The translations under genes and the position numbers were made by a program. Source: Guillardia theta CCMP2712 (taxonomy: Eukaryota > Protista > Cryptophyta). Taken from it: a stretch of DNA of 64,000 nucleotides. This document shows positions 56,829 through 64,000 of this stretch, piece after piece; position 1 is the stretch's first letter; the number at the start of each line of letters is the position of its first letter. The DNA lies in contig NW_005434480.1 of NCBI RefSeq assembly GCF_000315625.1, positions 19,342 to 83,341 of the forward strand, given 5' to 3'. The notes below the pieces were generated by a model. That model was not told the origin of the DNA. It saw only the letters and a list, made by a program, of their open reading frames with translations, and searched no databases.

Positions 56829-59800
56829 TTAAGGTAATCCTTTGACATCTGAGCCACGAGCTAAACGCAAGCGCACGGACTGGCCGTTCTTGTCCTTCTC
56901 TCTCAGCAGCTCCTCCCCGCATCTCTCCGCAAAGTACCTGAGCACCTCCAAGTACCCTCTGTTACTCGCCTCATGTGCACAGGTGTTGCCGTCATTGTCC
57001 TTCTCCCTCAGTAGCCCCTCCCCGCATCTCTCCGCCAAATACCGAAGTACCTCCAAGTGCCCTCCCCTACTCGCATAGTGCGCGCACGTCTTGCCGTTAT
57101 TGGACTTCTCTCTAAGAAACTCCTCCCCGCATGTCGCTGCAAGGTACTGTACAATCTCCAAGAACCCTCCTCTACTCGCCGCATTCGCGCATGTCCAGCC
57201 CTCATTGGACTTCTCCCTCAGCACCTCCTCCCCGCATGTCTCTGCCATGTATCGAAATACCTCCAGCTGCCCTCCATCACCCGCATAGTGCGCGCATGTC
57301 TGGCCGACATCATCTTTCTGTCTCAGCACCTCCTCCCCGCATGTCTCTACAACATACCGCAGCACCTCCAAGTGCCCTCCCAGGCTTGCCCCATGCGCGC
57401 ATGTTTTTCCAGACATGTCGGGTTCCACCATAATGTTTTTCAACTTCTCTTTCCCGCATTGTTCCTCTACCGTCTTCAGCACCTCCACATGCCCATACTC
57501 CCCCGCCCAGTGCACCATCGTCCTCCCTGCCTTGTCCTTCGCTCCCACGTCTGCTCCTGCCTCTATCAGCTCCCTCACGCTCCCCCCCCTCCCCAGCATC
57601 CCTGCTACATGCAGCCCTGTCCTCCCATCCTCCATCCGCTCGTCCATGTCGCATTCGGCCGCCTTCAGCAGCCCGATCAGCGCCCCCTGTCCTCGTACCA
57701 CCGCCGTCACTGTCGGCGGCTCCCCGTGCTGGTCCGACCTTGACATCGACAAGCCGTACATCCCGCACAGCCTCTTGCTCTGCTCTCGTCTGCCGTCATC
57801 GCCTGCTGGAGTCCGCGAGCTGATCTCGTACATCAAACCCGCCATCGTCCTCCAGTACACTGACTGCATCGGATCGCCCGCAAGGGCTTGACATTCCCAG
57901 TCTCCCTGAGTGTCTTCGATCCAGTGCCTGAGCTTGTTGATCGCCATGTCCTTGACTCGGTTCGACAGCTCGATCGCCTCCTTGTATCTTGACTCGTCGT
58001 TGTACCAACCCGACTCCCTCGCCCTGCTCGCCTCCACCAGCCCCCAGCACTCCTCCACGATCGATTGTACAAGACGTAGATGAAGGTTATTGATTGAGTC
58101 AGCCGGTGCTGTTTTCAGACGCTCCTGGATCCTCCCTTCCCACCCCCTCACGTCTCGCTCTACCTCCCTCGCCAGGTTCTCCATCAGCCCTACGTACAGC
58201 TGCTTCCTCTTCCCCACAAAGTCCTCGATCGTCAAGCTCATCGTGTTCGCGTTGATCTTTAGCTCCAGCACCTTCACCCGCCTCCCCTCTACCTCCCTGT
58301 ACCGCGGCGTCTTCACCACCTCCAGGTACGACAGCGGCGGATACAACATCTCCCCCTCCCCCGGATACTGAGACACAAACGTCAAGCTCGCCCCCCGGTC
58401 GATCGCCCCGCAGCTGATCTCGAACACGATCGACTCTCCCTCCTCCCCGGCGTACTGCATCGCCGTCCTGACGTCTGTCGTCGTGCTCAGCAGCCCGTAC
58501 TCGACTCCTCCGGACACCCCGAGCTTGTCCTCGTTGAGGAAGCTCTCCGGCAGCCTCATCCCCTTCAGCCCCCTCCACACCCGCAGCCCCTCCGGCAGAG
58601 GCGTGTGACGAGACAGCTTGACGATGCCGCTGACGATGCAGTGGATGGTTGTCGTGTACTTGTTGGGACCTTGTTGGAGTCTCGGAGGAGCTCGTTGGGA
58701 GCTCGAAGAACAGAGTTGTACTTGAAGTACATCGGCCCTGTCATAGCAAGCCTCTTGTCAGCCATCTCACGCTCTCTTGCTCCTCTCTTCTCCCCCATCC
58801 TCCTTCTCCCTCTCTCGCTATCTCTCTCTCTTACCTGTGTAGAGCTGCAGCGCGATCAGCTCCGCCTCCTGTAGCCCCGCCTTGATCGCCGTGTCCAGCC
58901 CCTTCAGCTCCTCCATCCCTCGGATCACCCGCGTCCCGTCCGACAGCCTCCGCCTCCTCTCCGGGTCTGTGACGTTGAGCCACTCCTCCTTGGCTGTCGT
59001 CGTGATGTTGTAGTTGCTTGTCGTGAACGCTTCCTCCGCGTCCTTGCCCTTGCAGTGCTCCTCCTCTATCGCCTTCATCAGCTCCGTCTGAGGTAGCCCG
59101 ATCCGCTCCATCAGCCCCCCCTACTACTCCTCGATCTTCCCGTACACGGCCTCGCGTACCTCCGCGAACTTGCTGTTGTGCGACGTCGCACCGTCTCCTC
59201 CCGCCCGCCCTCCTGCCTCCGCCGGCCTCCTCAGCGCCTCCTCGACCCTCCTCCCTATCGCCGTCTGCCATAGAGCCGATAGAGCGCTCTCCGTCATCCC
59301 CTGTAGCCCCGCAAGAGGACTCGCCGCGCTCCCGCCGGGGATGCACTCCGCCATGACTCGGAGGATGTTGAGGTCGCCGAGGCTGCTGGCCTTGCGCTCG
59401 AGCTCCCACTCTCTTGCGACTCTGACCTCGTAGTCGTCGTACGAGAGCTTGTCAGGGCTGAGGGCCGACGCGTCGACGCCGAGAGCCATGCGGAGGTTGT
59501 TGAGAATCGTTTTGTATTCCTTTGAGTCTCGAGGGGTCTGAAAGAGCTTCTTGAGGTCAGAGCTGATGTCGTCGGGGATAGTCCAGCTGGTCGTCTGCTG
59601 GGCACTAGCTGGTGGATCAGCCGTGGGATGGCTCATTTGAGATTTGATCTCGATGTCTGTCTTGTTTGATGGCTGAGTCGTAGGGCTGGAGATGCTTGAC
59701 GGGATGGTCTCTACGCCTCCTTGAGGGGCTGGGGGATCTTTGACAGTCTGCTTTCTCAGCTCGGCCTCGAGCTCTGAGATCCTTCTTGTCGCTTCTTCCA

Positions 59801-59879
59801 ACCTCTGCTTGAGTAACGAGTCATCATGACCCTCCTGTTCGGGCTTCACTTTGGACGAGAAGCAGGGGAAGCAACTCAT
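56829..59879 (-). pseudogene. ADP-ribosyltransferase (R-S-E clade-like) + ankyrin-repeat gene, copy 2, disrupted
   Basis: Paralog of 1-2717 with intron 58834-58738, motifs VWRGL / STT / YPGEGE and ~7 ankyrin repeats. In-frame TAG TAG at 59126-59121 and a 1-nt deletion frameshift near 58665. Confidence 0.85.
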
Positions 59880-62122
59880 TTATGTTTCTCAGCCCAGGGA
59901 GAAACCTGCTACAGGAGCTTGCATCAGCCGGCTTCAGATATCCTCTGTCCTCCACCACTCTCTCCCTCCCTCGTCTTATGTCTCTCTGTCTTGGATGTTC
60001 CTCTGTTTGTGGTTCGGTTTACAGCACAACGATCGGATTACAGAGCAGCACAGCTTCGTGTTGTACACCTGAGGCTTTTTGTCTATACACTCTGATCCTA
60101 CTGCCTGCAACTGCAACTCCAAGAGCGTATCAGTCGCCTGCTTTTCAAGAGCTTATCAAGTATTCACCTCAACAAATGCCATCTATTCTTGATGATACGA
60201 CCTATCACTCATTCTGACTTCCCCTCTCTTGCTCACTTATCCATGCATGCCTTATTCTCTCTCGAAGCTCTGCCCTGCTTCCGACTCTGCCTCCTTCTCC
60301 CACGCCGTCTCCTTTCTCCCTTTCAGTGACTGACCGTAGAGAGAGGGAAAAAAGACAGCGAGGGAAGAAAAGACAAGGAGAAAGAAAGAAATAAGGAGAT
60401 CAAGAGAGCAAGCTTCTCCATCCTTCCTTGACACAGCAGGAGAGGAAGTAAGAATGCCGAAAACACATTAATCAAGCAGACAGAGAAGGTTTCCTCTCTC
60501 CTCTTGGTATTCGTCACGTTTCATCCCTTCCTTTAGCCGTTTCTTTTCCCTCCTCTCTTCTCCTTTCTTCTGTCTGTTGTCACGTCTCCTTCTCTCTGCA
60601 GCAGCTACAAGACATCTCTCACACTCTAGCGACATGACAAGCTTGTCGTCATCCTTCCTCAAGCTCCTTCCATCCTCTCTCCCTCTCTCCTCCCGCTCTC
60701 CCCTTCATCCTCCTGCCATGTTTCCCGCCCAACCACCCCTCTACATGGATCCCTACCCTAGTCGTATATCACCCTCTTATCACCATGGTTTCAGCCTATC
60801 AGGTACGGGTGAGCAACACCAGCCTACCCTACCTGTTGATGTATTTACCCCCACCCCCAGAAGCCCAAGGTTTCCGCTAGCCAGCAAGGGGTGGACGCTA
60901 ACTTGGAGCAACGGTTCCGAGGCGCACTGCTGCCGATGAAAACCGTTGAGGGTTGACTAAAGTCATCTACTGCGATCTCAGTGACCGGAGCCTCGGAGGC
61001 TGAAGATCGGACCGTAAGACAACGTGACGGTACAGTGAGTGCGGCTGACCGGGCCCTCGGATAAAGAGTAGCAGGAGTGTGGCCGTAGGTCGAGGGCCGT
61101 ACCGTGTGGCCACTGTCACAGCCGGACTCAAGGCATAGAGAGCCTAGGACGGAGAACGACCGAAAAAAGGGGTTGAGCGATAGAGTGACGCGTTGTTCAA
61201 GAGAGAGAGTGGTACTACGATAGAGCCATGACTGACTCTCGGAGGCTCCTCGTCTTTACACCGTCTCACTGAGCCTCTTGCTCAGAACAGCCTCCGAGGC
61301 TCGCGAGGCATCCTACCGTGGCAAGCTCACTGCTCTATCTACTCTACACCCCCGGGTGCTGTATGAGCTCTGACAGTCTCAGCTGACTACCGGTACTCCT
61401 GAGCTCGATCCACCCTTGAATCCAGGGGTCAGCTGGCGACGGCGAGGGCCTCGGAGCAGACCTGGTAGGGGTCAAGACCAAGGGTTGTCAGCTGGAGGCT
61501 TCACCGAGGCTGCTCGTGTCACGGTCATGCGTCTAAGAGCGCTCGGGTGATCCCCTAGCAACAAGCTTCATCTCCATCCATGATGACCTAGACGTCACTA
61601 GAGCCCGGCCAGCTTCATGACCACATCCTCTCAGCTCATCGCCCCCCCGTGAGCAAGACCTCTGGGTGTCTCTCAAGACAAGAGGCCTAGTAGGCAGCTA
61701 TATATCATTTGACTCATTTGACCAAGTTGCCCACCTGACTTTTCCTTCTTGACTCAACTGAATTTAGGTTTGAAATAGACTAAAGTTAGTACCAAGAGAC
61801 GTGGGGTTAACTGACCCGGCAACCAAAGAGAACGGCTACACTATGTGACTGTTCTGCTCGTTACTGAATGTTGTAAGACGCAGTAGAGTGAAACGAACTC
61901 TGATCGATCAAACATTCAAGATCTTGAGTTATACATTGTGTGAGCGAGTGCTCAGTGACCCAAGGAGCAGTAATGAGATCAGAGCCGGGAGCAGCTGAGA
62001 TCCTCTGATCAGCACACGATGACTCTTGGGACAAACGATGCTCGGCACGAACCAACTTGTCTCTTCGTCTCGGGTCGACGCGCGGCGTCAGGTAACCGAT
62101 GACAGCGTCTCACACGGAAGAG

Positions 62123-62238
62123 TGGAAGAAGGTGTTGCCAAGACAAACAAGAGTCCGATCAAAGTGACTCTAGAGCAAGATGGAAGAAGGTGTTGCCAAG
62201 ACAAACAAGAGTCCGATCAAAGTGACTCTAGAGCAAGA
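62123..62238. repeat. 58-bp perfect tandem duplication
   Basis: TGGAAGAAGGTGTTGCCAAGACAAACAAGAGTCCGATCAAAGTGACTCTAGAGCAAGA x2. Confidence 0.9.
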
Positions 62239-63555
62239 TGGCGTGATGGGTGCGAGGGAGAGATGCATGGGAGGAGAGAAGGGAAAGCAAGTGATCATTC
62301 AATTTATTGACTGAAAAAGAAGGACAAACCGGAGCAAACAAAGGAGGGGGAGGATAGAGCCAACAAACCCGCCTCAATAAAATACTAGGAAACGAAGGAG
62401 GCAGCGAAAACCGGCATTCAGGAGGAAGAGGTTGGAGACCTTGTCTTGTCCAAGGGGAGGATGGATGAAGACATCGGGGGGGTTGGAATCGCGTCCATGA
62501 GAGAGGAAAGAGAGTGACTCAGTCGTCATGCTTCTGATGGTGGTCTTTGATAGCCACGTCAGCGGTCAGCACAAGACCAGATCCATTCCTCAGCACCACC
62601 CCCTCACCCACCACAGGGCCGAAGCCACCCCTCCACCATAGTCCATACACGCCAACTCTCATTAACGGGTAACCCGGTCTCACTCGATCCCTTGCCAGAG
62701 AAGATCTCGCGAGACATCCTAGTAGCCTATGACCTGTCTACACACCCGGGTGCTATCTAGGCTACCAGTCTGACCTGACTACGGGTACTCCTGAGCTCGG
62801 TCCTCGGCGTTGAGCCAAGTAGGTTGGCGAGTGTCTGCCGGTACACTCGGAGGACTGTTTACGAAGCGGCGGCTCTTGCACACAGTCGCTCGGAGCTTGC
62901 GGAGTTGTGTGACACTGGAATGAGTTTCAAACGGTCTTAAAGACTTTGAAACTCTCGGGTCTGATTTCAAAATCAGACTCGAGACTTCCGTGCGTCACAC
63001 AACGTCGGTCCACTTGGAACAAGCTTGATTTCGATCCGTCATGACCCAGGAGTCACAAGCCTCGTATACATGCCCAACCATGTTGATCTCATGTCTGGTT
63101 AGTCATAATGTTTTCTGCAGTTTCTCTTTGTTGGTGTTTTTTCGTTTCTGCTGCAAACTCGTGCAATCCCATCAAGTCTCGTTACACACATTCGGATGAC
63201 TCTTCTCTTCAATCAGGCTCTCTCTCTAGCCGCGAGTTGTTTCAAGTCAGCCCTATCACTAGTATCCCGGCCACAATCTGTTTGATCCATCTTTGGATGC
63301 ACTCTAGGAACAACAAGCCTTTCCCCAGCCAGATTGGTCGGTCGGATATCAGCTACACTGCGGACCGGACATGAAGTTGCCGGAAAACACTGGGAGCTAC
63401 TAGTCGATTCCGAGTCTGACTGTTATTTCAAGTCTCTTGATCGTCAGCTTTGAGTAGGATCAAATCAGCAGCTCCCAGGAGACTGCGATCGAGGGACGTG
63501 TTGATGTCACAGAGCTACTGGTGGCTAGCCTTACACATGAGAGACTGCCGGAGCT

Positions 63556-63767
63556 ACTTGTGCATCGGTGAGCAACTTCACTTGTGCATCGGTGAGCAAG
63601 CTCACTTGTGCATCGGTGAGCAAGCTCACTTGTGCATCGGTGAGCAAGCTCACTTGTGCATCGGTGAGCAACTTCACTTGTGCATCGGTGAGCAAGCTCA
63701 CTTGTGCATCGGTGAGCAAGCTCACTTGTGGATCGGTGAGCAAGCTCACTTGTGGATCGGTGAGCAA
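63556..63767. repeat. 24-bp minisatellite (CACTTGTGCATCGGTGAGCAAGCT), ~9 units
   Basis: Directly visible head-to-tail array with no spacers. Confidence 0.95.
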
Positions 63768-64000
63768 GATAAGACCGCACAACCTCTTCAAATGCCTTGA
63801 AACGGATGTTCCACCCTCGCGACAGCAATCTCTGGTTACAAGATCTTTACGGTTCAAGTATCATCTTTTGGTGATCTCACTACTTCCTTCCCTACATCAC
63901 CCCCTACTCTGACGCTCTCGCATGACCCCCCACCCCTCCTTGTCCATACCCACCCCTCTCCTCCCCTCGCGTGTGGTCTAGCACACTAGCACCTGCGAGG

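Noticed and set aside
60100-63500. Genes or named elements in the 60-63.5 kb interval (also 3.3-4.4 kb and 37.8-39.1 kb)
   Set aside because: Only short ORFs without recognisable motifs. Degenerate repeats or small-exon genes cannot be excluded but are not supportable by eye.
63556-63767. CRISPR array (24-bp partly palindromic unit, GCTCAC...GTGAGC)
   Set aside because: Units are head-to-tail with no unique spacers, there are no cas genes, and the context is eukaryotic; it is a minisatellite.

Overview
Eukaryotic nuclear draft sequence: GC-rich, short GT-AG introns, two N gaps and an interstitial TTTAGGG-type telomere tract. The style is consistent with a cryptophyte alga such as Guillardia theta, but that assignment is inference only. 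The window is a rapidly evolving, duplication-rich locus. Its main feature is a family of giant, apparently intronless type-I membrane protein genes (~4,100 aa), present in five pieces: intact copy B (51.8-39.4 kb, -), near-identical copy A broken by a frameshifting deletion (14.1-26.3 kb, +), diverged C-terminal paralog C (37.0-33.1 kb, -), TM/tail fragment D (31.9-32.4 kb, +) and promoter/signal-peptide remnant E (54.1-55.0 kb, +). These proteins are built from repeats resembling phage virion structural modules and carry a localized, AT-richer hypervariable cassette with aromatic loop insertions, an RRLL cleavage motif and a conserved Tyr-rich tail. Interspersed are two R-S-E-type ADP-ribosyltransferase + ankyrin genes (one open but with catalytic Arg->Ile, one with Arg but disrupted), a frameshifted ankyrin/WD40-kinase-PARP gene, a CENP-B/pogo-type HTH gene lying between two inverted family promoters, a RAD5-like SNF2 fragment, a Copia RNase H relic, a triplicated unknown gene segment and several minisatellites. 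Working hypothesis (inference): a birth-and-death recognition/conflict locus coupling variable surface proteins with ADP-ribosylation effectors.
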